From: Hydrolagus colliei
Lineage: Eukaryota
NCBI GenBank assembly: GCA_035084275.1
Contig: CM068747.1
Span: forward strand, 16,120,001-16,184,000
Direction of reading: 5' to 3'
DNA: 64,000 bases
Part shown: piece after piece, positions 50,001 through 62,830 of the stretch
Layout: the number at the start of each line of letters is the position of its first letter
How positions within the stretch are numbered: position 1 is the first letter of the stretch
The notes under the pieces: generated by a model
What the model was told of the DNA's origin: nothing
The model's input: the letters and a program-made list of their open reading frames with translations, nothing else
Database searches by the model: none
Program-made: the position numbers and the translations under genes

Positions 50001-50305
50001 TAATAATAATTCTTGCTTTTGATACAAGTACCTTTTACATCAGGAGGACTTCTCAAAGGGCTTTACATAATATACTGTAAAGTCTAGACTATGTATTTTG
50101 TAGCATATGGGACAGCTAGCTTATCCCACAAACAGGACATTAAGGAAATGGTGACTTTTATCTAGGGAATTGCTGGCCAGGTTACTGGAGAAACTCCCTT
50201 TTATTTACAAATGGTGACATAGGATATTTAATGCCCAACTGCACAAACAGACAGGAGGACCTCACCTTAACATCCAAAGGACAGAACCTCTGACAATGTA
50301 GACCA
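50001..50305 (-). mobile_element. DeuSINE fragment
   Basis: Homologous to 8131-8450: CTGGCCAGG..GAGAAACTCC..GGATATTTAATGCCCAACTG..CAGACAGG..AAAGGACAG.ACCTCTGACAATG. Confidence 0.65.
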
Positions 50306-52333
50306 GTGCACCATCAGCAGGATTCTTTAATTCGGCAACCACATCATGTAACTGGAAACTCATTCCTTGGATGTATGTCATGCAAACGTAAGGAGGTTAG
50401 CATGAACCTTTATTATCCGTAATCTACTTTCAATTGAATTTTCACCGGTGATTCAGAATTTTAATATAAATAATAATTTCTCTTGATATAGAGCCTTATC
50501 ACATCATTGCAACATTTATTTGAGGCATATCGAAGATGAAATAAGGCACCGTACCGATTGCAAGAATTAGTGTTACTATTATTACTATGATTTCCATGCA
50601 TTTTATAGGATCTTCTAATAGAGTGCAGTGAATGTGTCCTTATAGATGAATAATATTACCTAAATATTATCCGGTAGATCCTGATAGGCTGAATAGCTAC
50701 ACTGACGTATAATGTAATATATTTAAAAACTGAACAGTTATTATAAATGATAATGGACATATCACAAGGAAAGAGTTATTGTTTGTGGGACAATACTGTG
50801 CGCAATTGGCTGCCGCGTTTTGCCCACAAATACACAGTCAATTCACTTTACAGAGATATCCGACAAACAGTCGCGGATTGAGTGATCACCCCCTTTCTTT
50901 CAGGAGGTGGGGGCAAACCAAAACTGCTCTGAAAGATCAATTCTTATCTTCTAGTAACCTTATAATCTACCTGGTTTATAACACATTTAAATTGGTTTTA
51001 ATGGAATTTTCCCATTAGAAATGGACATCGTTAAAGTGGTAGCAGTTGGAATTTCAGCACACAAATCAAAATACAGCTACTCCACACAGCAAATTGAGTC
51101 ATGGATTACATACGTAACATTCATATTGCAGTATTTTAAGTAATTTGTTTGTGTTGAGTGCATCACGGTGTTTTATGCATGTTTATTATTCATTGGACAA
51201 TTTTCTCCAATAAACTAAAAGGCAGCACATTTAATCGCACAAAAATGTGACCTTGCAATATCGCAAGATACTGAAGGAACAATTGACAATCATTGTGTAT
51301 TGTTTATTCCACACCTTGCTGTAAAAAATTGCCAGATGAATAATCACAACTTTCATTAAGAATAATTACTCACCAATTAACAAACTAACAAATGATCTAA
51401 ATCAACAACTAATTCAAAAACGTTTTAAACAAATCAATTTGCTGCCTTTTGAATGAGTTATTGTTATGGGTTGCCTGGAAATGTGCTGAATTGATTGATC
51501 AGATGGAAGCCTTGATGAATTAATTCTTGTCCTTGTATTTTGACTTGTCTGGATTTACGCCAATGTAGGCTTACGTCCAAGTCTACTTAATGTAATGTAA
51601 TAGAAACAAAAATATAATCTAAACTGAAGTTTACCAAAGGTGTATTGTGGATTTGCAATGCTCGCTTTGACTGAACAAGTGCTCTGGGCCTCTATCCTGC
51701 ATAAGAAGTGGTTTATAAATGCAAGTTGCTGTTGTTGTGCTGTTATTTGAAGGTGCTTGATAATTTTTCAAAAGTTATTGTGTGTACATATATTGAAATT
51801 TAATGGTTTGCAAGGTGAAAACTACCTAGCCAGTTGACTTCATGATTCAGTTAAATTTTAAAAAAAAAACTTGCTTTAGTCATCAGCACAAAATATCCCT
51901 GGGAGATACTTTACAAACCAGCATTGCAAGATACAGTATATATTTTTTGCTTCATTGAATAATATTGCAAGTATATTTAAATGGTGTTCAACAAAACATA
52001 TAATTTTTTAAAAATCTTAACATTAACTATGCAATTTTCATTGAACTTTCTTGCAACAGTCAAAACACAAAACAAATCTGTTTACTGGAATAATTGCATG
52101 CCATTTTCCTGGATTTTCTGCTTAAGTGCTCAAAATCCTGGAGGCATGCATCAATACAAGACTGCTTTGTGTCATTGAAAATTAAGTGTTCCTATGACTA
52201 GCGTCAAATCAAATCTCGCAATATCACCATGTGGGAGTCTGATCATTGAATCTCAGGCACTGATCCTCAGGCCAACTCTCGTAAATCAGTATCCCCCTCA
52301 GCCGTAGATCAGTTAACTCATTAGAAACTCTGT

Positions 52334-52498
52334 GGAGTCCTGCAGTGGGACACTGCTGTGTGCAATTGACTACCGCATTTCACCCACAAAATATACAGTG
52401 AATTTGCTTTACAGTATGATAATCTGTGAAGCACTTTGAGACGTCTCAAATTCATGATAAGGGTCTGTATGAAATGCAAAGATTATTATTATTATTAT
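52334..52498 (+). mobile_element. Internally deleted tRNA-SINE
   Basis: GGAGTCCTGCAG joined directly to TGGGACACTGCTG core and tail. Confidence 0.8.
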
Positions 52499-53565
52499 TT
52501 AATAAATCCTTATCCAAATAAAATTGCGCATTGAATTCATGGCTATTTGTGGGACTTTGCTGTGCACGTTTGCCTACAATGTAAGTCACTCCATTTCACA
52601 GCAATTCCTGTGAAGTGCTTTGCAACATTCCACCAATATGTTGAGGAACACAAATGCAAGTATTATTATGATTAATCTCAATGCGAGTCAAGCATTTTTT
52701 AAATAAAGTAAATCCAACAATACCAGTCAATATGACCTTGTGAAAATCATATATAAGTAATTAAGAAAATATTTCTGTCCTTTCCCTTTCTACCCTGTGA
52801 TTTCTCATGTCACATCTACAGAATGTACTGACAATTTAATGTCAGTGTCAGGACATCATTGTACTGTCGCCCTGCGTTTACTTGCAATTGTACACGACTG
52901 ACAGAACTCATTTCCTCTGCAACCCTTGAGAGCTTTAACAGTTGCAAATAAAGAAACCGTCTGGGTAGGTATTAAATTTGGGTCTGCAAGAGCAGTGCCT
53001 TGAAAACTTACTTACTATATTACTGAACTCAATCCTACACAGTTGTATTTTTTCTTAAAAAGGTTAAAGGAAATACATAAACAGTGTGATGGTAATATAC
53101 TTTTAATAATATATATTTTGTTCAAGCAATCTTTTTCACGTGGAGCGTAACTTTTTTGTTTTAGATTTGTGGTTACCATTTGGAATCACAGAAACGTTAG
53201 TTGATAAGCAGTTTGTTCAGTCTATCAACCCCACAACCCCACATTGTGTTAACCCCACAATGGGCCCTTTTTTTATTTGGTAAGAAAATACCTAATGTAG
53301 CATTTTAGACAAATCTGTAACACTGGAATGCGACACGTTTTATGTACAAACTGACCTACACAATGAGTCAAACAGAATCCAACTTTGATTTAAATCTGGT
53401 TTGGAAATATTCCACTTTAATAATAAAGCTTGACTTGGCATATAACTCCAGAATCAATATTGAAGTGAACACAGCTCACAAAAAAGTTGCCAGCAGTAAA
53501 AATTAAACATTAAAGTTGGTTTGTTTTAACCAAGTGCAGGATTTTAGTTTTTGTTATTTGGAGAC

Positions 53566-56110
53566 AACTACAACAATTTATTTACATTTATGGAGCACCT
53601 TGGGATGTCAGGAGGACGTCCCAAGTCCTCCTGACTTGGGACGTCAGGCAACTGAAGGCAACGATCAAACAGGAGGGTCTTGAGACCATCCACGAAGGAG
53701 GCAAGGGAAAAGTGAGGCGGCAGGTCTGTGGGATGGAGTTCCAGAGTGTGGGGCAGAGAGGCTGAAAGCTCAGCCACCGATGGTAGGGCAGGTCAGGCGG
53801 GAGATATGGAGCAGACTGGAGCCAGCTGAAAGGAAAGTACGGGCAGGTTCGTAGGGAGTCAGCAGGTCAATCAATCAATCAATCAAAATTATATTAATAG
53901 AGAGCCTTTCATGTCGGGAGGTCGGAGAGATAGGAAAGGGCAAGGCCGTGAATGGCCTTGAAAGTGAGGATGAGGATGTTGAATTTGATCCTCTGTGGGA
54001 TGAGGAGCCAATGGAGCCGAGCGAGGGTGGGAGTGATGTGGTTGCAGAGCTCAGTGTGGGAGAGGACATGAGCTGCAGAGTTCTGGATGATCTGCAGCTT
54101 GTGAAAGGAAGAGCTGGGAAGGCCGACAAGGAGGGAGTTTCCATAGTCAAGCCTTGATGTGATGAATGCTTGGGTGAGGGTTTCAGCAGCCTGAGGGGTG
54201 AGGCAGTGGCAGAGTCTGGCAATGTTACGCAGGTGGCAGATGTCATGGCGCGGATGTGTGGGAGGAAGTATGAGAGCGACAAGTTTGGGGTCAAACAAGA
54301 CACCCAGGTTGCTGACTGGCTTTGTGAGATAGAGTGTGCAGCCATGGATGCTGATGCTGCTAGCGCCTGCGGTGCAGAGGCGCTGACATGAGCCAATCAG
54401 CAGTGCCTCAGTCTTATTGACATTCAGCTGAAGAAAGTTGTCCCTCGTGCAGGACTTGATGTTAGACAGGCAGGCAGTCAGGATGCCGGTTGTCCTAGAG
54501 TTGAGGGTGGAACCGGAGGTAACAATTGGGTGTCATCCAACAACAACAACTTCGATTTATATAACGCCCTCAACACCGGATGGCGTCACAGAGTGCTTCA
54601 CAACAACAGTTCCCAGAACCGTGTATATGTGGACATTTACCCTATATCTGCGGATAGTGTCACTGAGGGGAAGCATGAAGAAGAGGGGACCAAGGACAGA
54701 GCCCTGAGACCCGCCACACGAGACGTTGCGGGGGCTGGAGGAAAAGCTGTTGGTAGAGTCACAAAGTGGAGACAAATGGTCAGTATATCATTTATGACTT
54801 TGGCCAGAGCGGTTTTCATGCTGAGTGCAGCACAAAAGCTCAATTGGAGGGGCTCATGGAGGGAGTGGGATGAGAGAAAAGAGAAAAGCTGGAAGGCAAT
54901 GACTCTTTCAAGGACTTTCGACAGAAAAGGGAGGTTGGAGAGGGCCAGTAGCTTGAAAGCTGTGATGCATCAAGAGAAGGTTTCTTCAGAAACCTTCAGG
55001 TGATAGTAGCGTTTTGAGGGGGTGGGAATGGTGCCGGATGAGAGGGACATGTTGATAGTGACAGCTAGTATTGGGGCAACAATGTGAAGCTGGGAGGCAA
55101 GGAGAGGGGTGAGGATGGGGTCCAAGCAGCAGGTGGTGGGCTTCATGGCAGATATGGTGGTGATGACAGAGGAAGGGGGACAGGTTTGAAGATGTGGAAG
55201 GAGGGATGGGTAGGAGTCGGAGTATGGGAAGGAGGTGGGGAGGGGTTGGAAGTTGCAAGGGTGGTGATAGCTCGAGGAAACCCAGCATCTCCTCACAGTG
55301 GGAGTTAGAGGAAATAATCTGTGATGCATGGTGGGGAGGGCAGAGGAGCCGGTTTGTGGTGGAGAAGAGCAGTCGAGGATTGCCCTTTACCTCCAGGATT
55401 ATCCTGGAGTAGAAGGATGATTTGGCGGAGGCCGGAGCACAGCGATAAGTTTTGATGCCATCCAACCAGATATGCCAGTGGACTGGATTTGAGCCAAGTG
55501 CATTTAGCGGCCCTCACCTGGCCCTTGAGCAAGCCGAGGTGGCTGATGAACCAAGGTGAAGTTCGACAGTAGGAGGTGGTGAGGGAGGCATGTTGAGTGC
55601 AGTGGAAAGGGTGTTGTGAAGGAGATTAAGTGCAGAGGATGGGTTGGTACGGGAGGTGGTCCAGAAGGGGAGGAGTTTAAAGGACTACAAGGCAGCGGAG
55701 AGGTATTGTGGGGAGATCTTCTTCCAAGGATGGTAGAAGATGGTGGTAAGTGTGGAGGTAATGGGGAGAGGGATAGAAGAGTTGAAGGAGATGAATTGGT
55801 GATCGATGATGGCCTTGTTGGTGATGGTGAAATCCGAGACACTGAGGCCCAGGGTGATCACCAGGTCAAACAGGTGGCCATTCATGTGGATGGCAGAATG
55901 GATGTGGAGGGAAAGGTTGAGAGAAGAGAGGAGAGAGAAGTCCGAAGAGTTGGAGCAAGAGTAGGTGAAATGGAGGTTGAAGACGTTGAGGATGATGAGG
56001 CAATCGAACAGAGGAGAGTGGAGATATTGGAGATGAAGGTGGGGGAGGATTTTGGGGGTGGTAAATATGGAGAATCGAGAGTAAGAGATGGTGGCAGAGG
56101 ATGAGGTGTT
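53566..56110 (-). mobile_element. Older decayed L2 copy (APE end + RT + tail) with nested tail insertions
   Basis: Minus-strand peptides [68 protein letters not shown]; colinear with the L2 at 1330-5070. Confidence 0.93.
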
Positions 56111-57381
56111 CAACAAACATATGTAGCACAAATTCATCTGCTTAATTGATTAAAACAAAATGGAATAAATACATTATGAATACTACTGATAATTAGTTTC
56201 TGCTCCTAATTTTGAAAGTTGTTTCAGCCATTCAATTGTGCTACAAATGTTTGTTGAACCTCGAGATAGATTTCACTGCTATTTAAATGGTTGCATCAAA
56301 TAAAAGCTGCAAAAATGGCATCATGCTGATATCCTGGACAATTAATTGTTTGTTGCATTTGTAAACTAATGATGAGTACAAATGCTAAGCCAAAGGTGTT
56401 ACAAGATAACTCACAAACATGCTGTTTTTTCACTCATGGAACATACCTGTACCAAATAATCACATATGTTCTACATGGAGGTTCATAAGATTCAAGGTCA
56501 CATCACAGGATTGCATGATATTATGTAAAATGTCATGTACTTATTGCTTTACTATGAACCAAGCAAGAAACGCTTAATTGATTGAATTGAAAAAATATGG
56601 AGTAAATACATTATTTAACCAGTGGTTCTTGTTTTCACCATTACATGGTCTCTAATTAATAACTATATACTTGACCTGTTTCATGTGTGTGATATTAATC
56701 CTCAGCTGTAGCAAGGCATTGTTGAATAATGTATAAATTTCACATGCACAAATTGAACCACATAGGCACTGTTAATCCCCTGAATACTAACTGTTACTAA
56801 CAACTATACTGCTTAATAATAAAAACAATCCTTATATTTGATATAGCATCTTTCATGTTGAGAGGGTATCTCAAATCGCTTCACATGAATTGCTGGTAAG
56901 TGTAGTACTATAATTATTTATTTTATATTGCTTAATAGAATATCTGCCATAATATAAGAAAACAAACAATATTCAACAGATGAACACACACAAGATTACA
57001 AAATTTAGATGAAAAAGGTCCTTTATTTCTTCACAAAATTGCTTCTCTCTTTATGTGTTCATTCCATTTTTGTAAAATGTTTATTTTTCTTATTTCATTT
57101 ATAGTTTCTATGGCTTCTTCTGTTACAAATCATGTTTTCAGCTTACGACTTCTTTCCTTCTGTTTCTAGTTGAGTTTCTCCGGTGTATTTTGCTTTTCTT
57201 TGCTTCATTTTTTGACCATTTAAATCATTTTTCTCTCTCGCTTGGTTATTTCAAAATACAGCGTGACCAAAAAGTTGTGATAGCTACTCTTATCTAAACA
57301 AAAATCACAATTTTTAAAAAACATTATAGACATTGTAATGGTATCACAAAATTTTTGGACACACTATTATATTATAATATA

Positions 57382-57798
57382 TAGTAAAAGCTTTGTTATC
57401 AGGCACCCTCAGGAACCTGACCGGTGCCGGTTAATCAAGCATGCCAGATATTCGAGCAGCAAGTTGCTGAAAATCCTACACAAAAAATTAACTTATTTTA
57501 AGACATACCATATTAATAATAGACTAAATAATAACAGAATATTGTGTGGATACTTACCAATAAAGCATACATAAATAGTACAGTCAACCCTTGCTGAACA
57601 TGGGGGTTACGTTCCTGGAAAACAGTGCACTCGGTATAATCGCGTTCCGTAAGTTTAATAAGTGCGCATGCGCATGCATGTGCAAAGTGAGCATATGTGC
57701 GGGGAAAACCGCGTATACTCAAATTTTACTTGTATTGGGAAATACAGGTTGGTTGAGCGTGCCGGTTGGTTCGTTGCCAGATAACCAAGCTTTTATTG
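57382..57798. mobile_element. Tc1/mariner pogo-Tigger-like MITE with a nested Tigger-like fragment from 57581
   Basis: TIR TAGTAAAAGCTTTGTTATCAGGCA versus reverse complement CAATAAAAGCTTGGTTATCTGGCA, with TA flanks; nested TA|CAGTCAACCC..GGGGTTACGTTCC. Confidence 0.75.
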
Positions 57799-57824
57799 TA
57801 TTATACTTTTCCTTTACAATAATA

Positions 57825-58168
57825 CCGTAAAACCTCGATAATCCGACATTCCAAAAATCGGCAACTCCCTAAACCTGGCATGATTTCGAAATGCAACAAC
57901 AACAAAACAAAATACATACAGTATTAGATTTTTTTCCCTTTGTCAGCAAATCTCCTGAAATTCGGAACAGCTGCTTGTAGTTCCCGGCGTGTCCGCTCTA
58001 TTATCCGGTACAGTGGGTGCATCACCAGCATCGTTTGGCTTCAGTGCTGTGTTTACAGCACATGTGGTGTATGTGGCAGGGCTTCCCCAGCCATTTCTAG
58101 GTACCGACAAACTCTAAATTCCAGGAAGTAAGTGTGCCCAACCAGGTTGGATTATCAAGGTTTTACTC
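57825..58168. mobile_element. Second pogo-Tigger-like MITE
   Basis: TIR CCGTAAAACCTCGATAATCCGAC versus reverse complement GAGTAAAACCTTGATAATCCAAC, with TA flanks. Confidence 0.75.
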
Positions 58169-58959
58169 TACATAAAAAACCTTGATGTTGCAGTGGGTAA
58201 ATACACTCTGTGGTGTAAAATTTAATGAGAAACATAACAGACATTTCCCAGAATTGATGATTGGTCTATTCTAGGTTTGCAGATCTCTGCTGAGACAACA
58301 ACAAACATGTTACATTTGCCTCCAGAATGTCACTCAAGGGATGGAAGGATAATCATTCCAGGTTCCTGACTGCTATCTGGGAATCACTGCTGGGATCATC
58401 TATATCGTGGATTATGAATGAAAAGAGGGTCAGTATCAGAGTAGAGACATTACAGTCAAATTGTAACTGGTTGTTCAGATTGGCATATGGAATATATTGG
58501 CCTGTTTTAGATCTGACTTCACTGCACTCAATATGTAATGCTGTGGTTATACTGCATATTTTGTGTTGTGTTTTGTAGCAGTTCACCACCAAATAATGCA
58601 GTATAAAGGGGGTGGCAGACATCATATATCATACTGAAGTTATATTCCTGATATCATCTGAAGCAGCTGGTAAAGTATCAGGAGCAGTGTGATTCATGCC
58701 CAAGCAGCATAAACATGGCATGTCTGATTCACATTCCACCTGTTTTGCTGCGTGCCAGTCATCATTTGGGTAGAGTGATTTGTTTGTTACTCTCATTCTG
58801 CATATTGAGTTTTAGATTTAATGTTACATCCTTAGAGTTCAGAGTTATTGCAAATTTGGTTATGTTGGGAGGGCTGGGCAAGTTTCATGTGTTTCTTAAA
58901 GGGGGTAAAAGAACAAAGAGACTTAGGTACTCATATAAGTAAATCTTTGGAGGTGGCAG

Positions 58960-59286
58960 GAAAGGCAGGACAAGGAGATTTACCAGGATGGTACCAGGAA
59001 TGATAGCCTTCAGGTATCAGGAGAGGCTAGAGAAGCTAGGATTATTCTCACAGAAGGTTATGAGGAGAAATATTAGATTTTTCAAAATTATTGGGATATT
59101 TGATAAGGTGAATGAGGAAAAACTATTTCCACTGGTGAGTGGGTGGATGATGTGAGGACACAGAGTTAAAATAGTTGTTGAAAGAAACAGAGGAGAGGTG
59201 AGGAGATTTTTTTCATGTAGCAAGTTGTTTGGATCTGGAATGCATTGCCTGAAAGTGATGGAAGCCAATTCAATAGCAACCTTTAA
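58960..59286 (+). mobile_element. CR1 3' fragment
   Basis: RRFTRMVPGM..F.YQERLEKLGLFS..EVRRFF..WNALPE motifs. Confidence 0.8.
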
Positions 59287-59659
59287 CAATAACATCAAAA
59301 TTACATTTGTATAGTGCCTTTCATGTCGGGAGGGCGCCTCTATATCAAATGTAAGGATTATTATTATTTTGTTATTTAATAGTTCCAGAGTATGAAACAC
59401 AGATAGAGTATTGAATCAGAACTGATTTACAATATTGTGGTCAATTGTGGGCACCCTATTTTAAAGGGATATCTTTGTATTGAAGAAAGTCCAGTGCCAA
59501 TTCAATAGATTGATAAGTGACTAGAGGGACACAGCTATGAAAAGAAATTGGGTGAATGGGTGACGTGATTGAAGTGCTTCAAATGATAAAAAGGACTTGA
59601 CAAGGCAGAAGGGGAACAGCTCTTGCCTCTGGTTGGGCAATCCAGAACAAACTAATATA

Positions 59660-60748
59660 ATCTCGACCTCTCCACCGCCTTCGACACTGTCGACCATTCC
59701 ATCCTCCTACACCACCTCTCCTCCTTCCTCAATCTCTGCGGACCTACCCTTGCCTGGTTCGACTCCTACCTCTCTCATTGCCTACACTTTGTCGCCTCCA
59801 ACGCTTTCTATTCCGGCACCTGGGCTCTGTCCTTGGCCCCCTAATTTTCAACATCTACATGCTCCCACTTGGTGACATCATCTGCAGACATGGGGTTAAC
59901 TTCCACATGTATGCGGATGACACCCAAATCTATCTCTCTGGCTCTACCTTCGACTCCAGGACTACCACTGTCCTGACAGACTGTCTGTCAGACATCGAGT
60001 CCTGGATGAGAGCAAACTTTCCACAGTTGAATGTCAACAAGACCAAGGTTCTATTGATTGGCTCGCACCAGCGACTTCTTGCATCAGGCGCTGGCTGCAT
60101 CAACCTCCATGGTTGCTCACTCAACCTCACCAAGCCAATCAGGAACCTAGGTGTCTTGTTTGACCCTCAACTGTCATTCCTCCCCCACATCCAAGCAATG
60201 ACTCGCTCTGCCTTTCCCCACCTCCGCAACATTTTCCGACTCCGCCATTACCTCACCCCCAAAGCCGTTAAAACCCTCCTCCATGCCTTCATTACATCTC
60301 GGCTTGATTATACAAATGGTTGCTGGTCGGACATCCCAATTCCTCCTTCCACAGGCTGCAGATAATTTAGAACTCTGTGGCCTGTGTCCTCTACCATTCC
60401 AAACTCTGTGATCCCATCTCCCCCATCCTTGCCCGACTTCATTGGCTCCAGCAGGCTCTGGCCTGCTCCACGTCCCCCGACCCACCCGCCCAACCTTTGG
60501 CGGGTGAGCATTCAGCCACTCTGCCCGCAACCTCTGGAATTCCATCCTGAAGTCCCTCCATCTCGATCCCTCCCTAGCCTCCTTCAAGCCTTGCCTCAAG
60601 ACTCTCCTCTTTGATGGACCCATCGGCAACTCCTCCCCCCCACCCTTTCCTCAGCTCGGATCTGAATCAATAACTGTCCAGCGCCTTGGGATGTCCTTCT
60701 GACGTGAAAGGGCCTTTACAAATGTAATTTTGTGTTGTTGTTGTTGTT
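59660..60748 (+). mobile_element. L2 RT and 3' fragment
   Basis: [39 protein letters not shown]; tail CAGCGCCTTGGGATGTCCTTCTGACGTGAAAGG..(TTG)n. Confidence 0.92.
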
Positions 60749-60954
60749 TATCCGACCAATAAACAGTAACATTCTTATGAAAAATTAGAACTATGACCAT
60801 TATAACAATCCCTCCAAAAAAATTGGTCATTTTTTGGAGTCTGCAGCATCTTTGGTATGTAGAATCCCTAGAATTTTACAAATCTGCCATCAGAATCTGT
60901 GAAAATTAAAGTGAATGCTGCAAATTGTGGAGCAAAGGCAGAATTGTTCTAGGA

Positions 60955-61350
60955 AGAGTTTTTACCTTTAAAGCCCTCTTTGGCCTTCCCCCACTGTATC
61001 TCTGCGACATCCTAACCCTCTACCACCTGCCCGCTTCCTCTGTTCAGCAGGCTCCGGCCTACTCTTCGTCTCCCGTCTCACCGGCCCCATCATCCACAGC
61101 CAAGCCTACAGCCACTCTGCCCCCAACCTCTGGAATTCCATCGCACAATCCCTCCATCTCCCCACTCCCTAGCCTCCTTCAAGTCCCGCCTCAAGACCCT
61201 CCTCTTCAACGGTGTCATTGGTCACTCCCCTTGCCCTCCCTTCCCTCCACTCTCCCCGATCCCGACTCCAGCTCGGGTCTGAAATACTCACTGTCCAGCA
61301 CACTGACCTTTGCCCAATGTGAAAAGCGCTATACAAATGTAATTTTATTG
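60955..61350 (+). mobile_element. L2 3' fragment
   Basis: TFKALFGLPPLYLCDIL..LWNSI plus tail TGTGAAAAGCGCTATACAAATGTAATTTT. Confidence 0.82.
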
Positions 61351-61751
61351 CTTAACGTTTTGGCTGTAATCCTTTACAAGAACACAAGCATATTGCTTAC
61401 GGTTTTATGCTGAGGATATTCAAAGCTATAGACGGTTCAGAAAAGTTCAGAAAAACTTTTATTTTAAAAAATCCGTAAACGTGAAGGTTCCATTGGTTCC
61501 AATATTATTTGGCTGGTCACAACTATTGCAAAGTTCATTGAATTCAGCACTTCAGTGAATTGTGCACTTAAACGCCAAAACCAATTACCTTTAACCTGCA
61601 TTTCTGTTTTCCTTTTATTGTGCTATTTTGGTTTTTAGTGCATCGTCCACATTAAGCCCCCGCCCTCCCTTCTCTCCACACTCTGAAAATGGATTGAGTT
61701 AGAATGGAGTTCCTGCCTGTCAACATGACTCAATTTAGGATTCCCTAAATT

Positions 61752-62085
61752 AATAACGATAATAATCCCTGCATTTGATGTAGTGGCTGTCTATATCATT
61801 CTAATGTCTCAAAGTGCTTCATAGAATATTCAGTTAAGTGTAGTGACTCTATTTTGAGGGTGAAACTTGGCTGCCAATTGCGCACTGCAGTGTCCCACAA
61901 ACAATCATTGATTTAGTGACAATTTATTTTAGGCTATTATTACTCTCGGAAAGCAATCCGACAGTTTCCTAATTATTGCTAGGTAAATAGAGGTGTGGGG
62001 AGGAAAGAAACTTGTCAAAGGTTACGCCCCACCTGAGAATCAAACCTGTGTTACTCTCAATTGAGAGGCAAATGCACTAACCAAT
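61752..62085 (-). mobile_element. tRNA-SINE (long subfamily), diverged
   Basis: Tail, core and head GGTTAGTGCATTTGCCTCTCAA..GGTTTGATTC on the minus strand. Confidence 0.8.
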
Positions 62086-62359
62086 AAATTAAGTAAATTT
62101 GGTTTGAAATTGCTGCATTAAGAAGCTTACACAATAAATCAAGTATGACCCATTTTTGAAGTCATTGATGAGAAACAGATGGCTCTCGATTTGTGATACG
62201 GATCTTGAGAGTTGTGCACATCAGTTATCTGTAAGCAAAAAGATATCCTTGAAAATGCATGTGGGGGAATATAACAATATTAATGATAATGATGATCCTT
62301 GCATTTGATATAGTACTTTTCAAGTCTTTTAGACGTCTCAAACTCTTGCATTTGACATC

Positions 62360-62830
62360 CAACAACAACAACAACTTACATCTGCACGAAGGGTAGTATC
62401 TCAGAGCACTTAACAGTGGAGAAGCCTGACTCCGAGCTGCAGAGGTGGGGTTGGGGGTAGGTGGCATATTTGAAGCGGAAGGTCTCAGGCGGGACTCGAA
62501 GAAGGGAAAGAGGAGGCATGGTGGAGGCATTGAGGGAGACTGTTTCAGAGTTCAGGACCTTAGTGGCTGACAGCACGACGTCCGATGGTGGGGCAGTGGA
62601 TGAGGGGGACGAGCAGCAGGCAGGTGTCAAGGGAAGGGCCTGGTGGTGGATTAGGGAGTGAGGAAGTTGGAAGGGTAGCAAAGTCCCAGGGAGTGGAGAG
62701 ATTTGAACTTGATTGTGGTGTCGAAGTCGATCTGTTTGGTGATTGGGAGCCAGTGAATTCTGGTCAGAACTGATGTGGTGGAGGTACGGAGTTTGGTCTG
62801 GGGCAGCATGTGGGCCACAGAGTTTTTAAC
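62360..62830 (-). mobile_element. L2 3' fragment
   Basis: KNSVAHML..LTRIHWLPI..IDF..FKSLHSL plus a (TTG)n tail. Confidence 0.82.

Noticed and set aside
55504-56137. Several 90-160 aa ORFs on both strands
   Set aside because: Alternative frames or antisense readings of the decayed C-rich L2.
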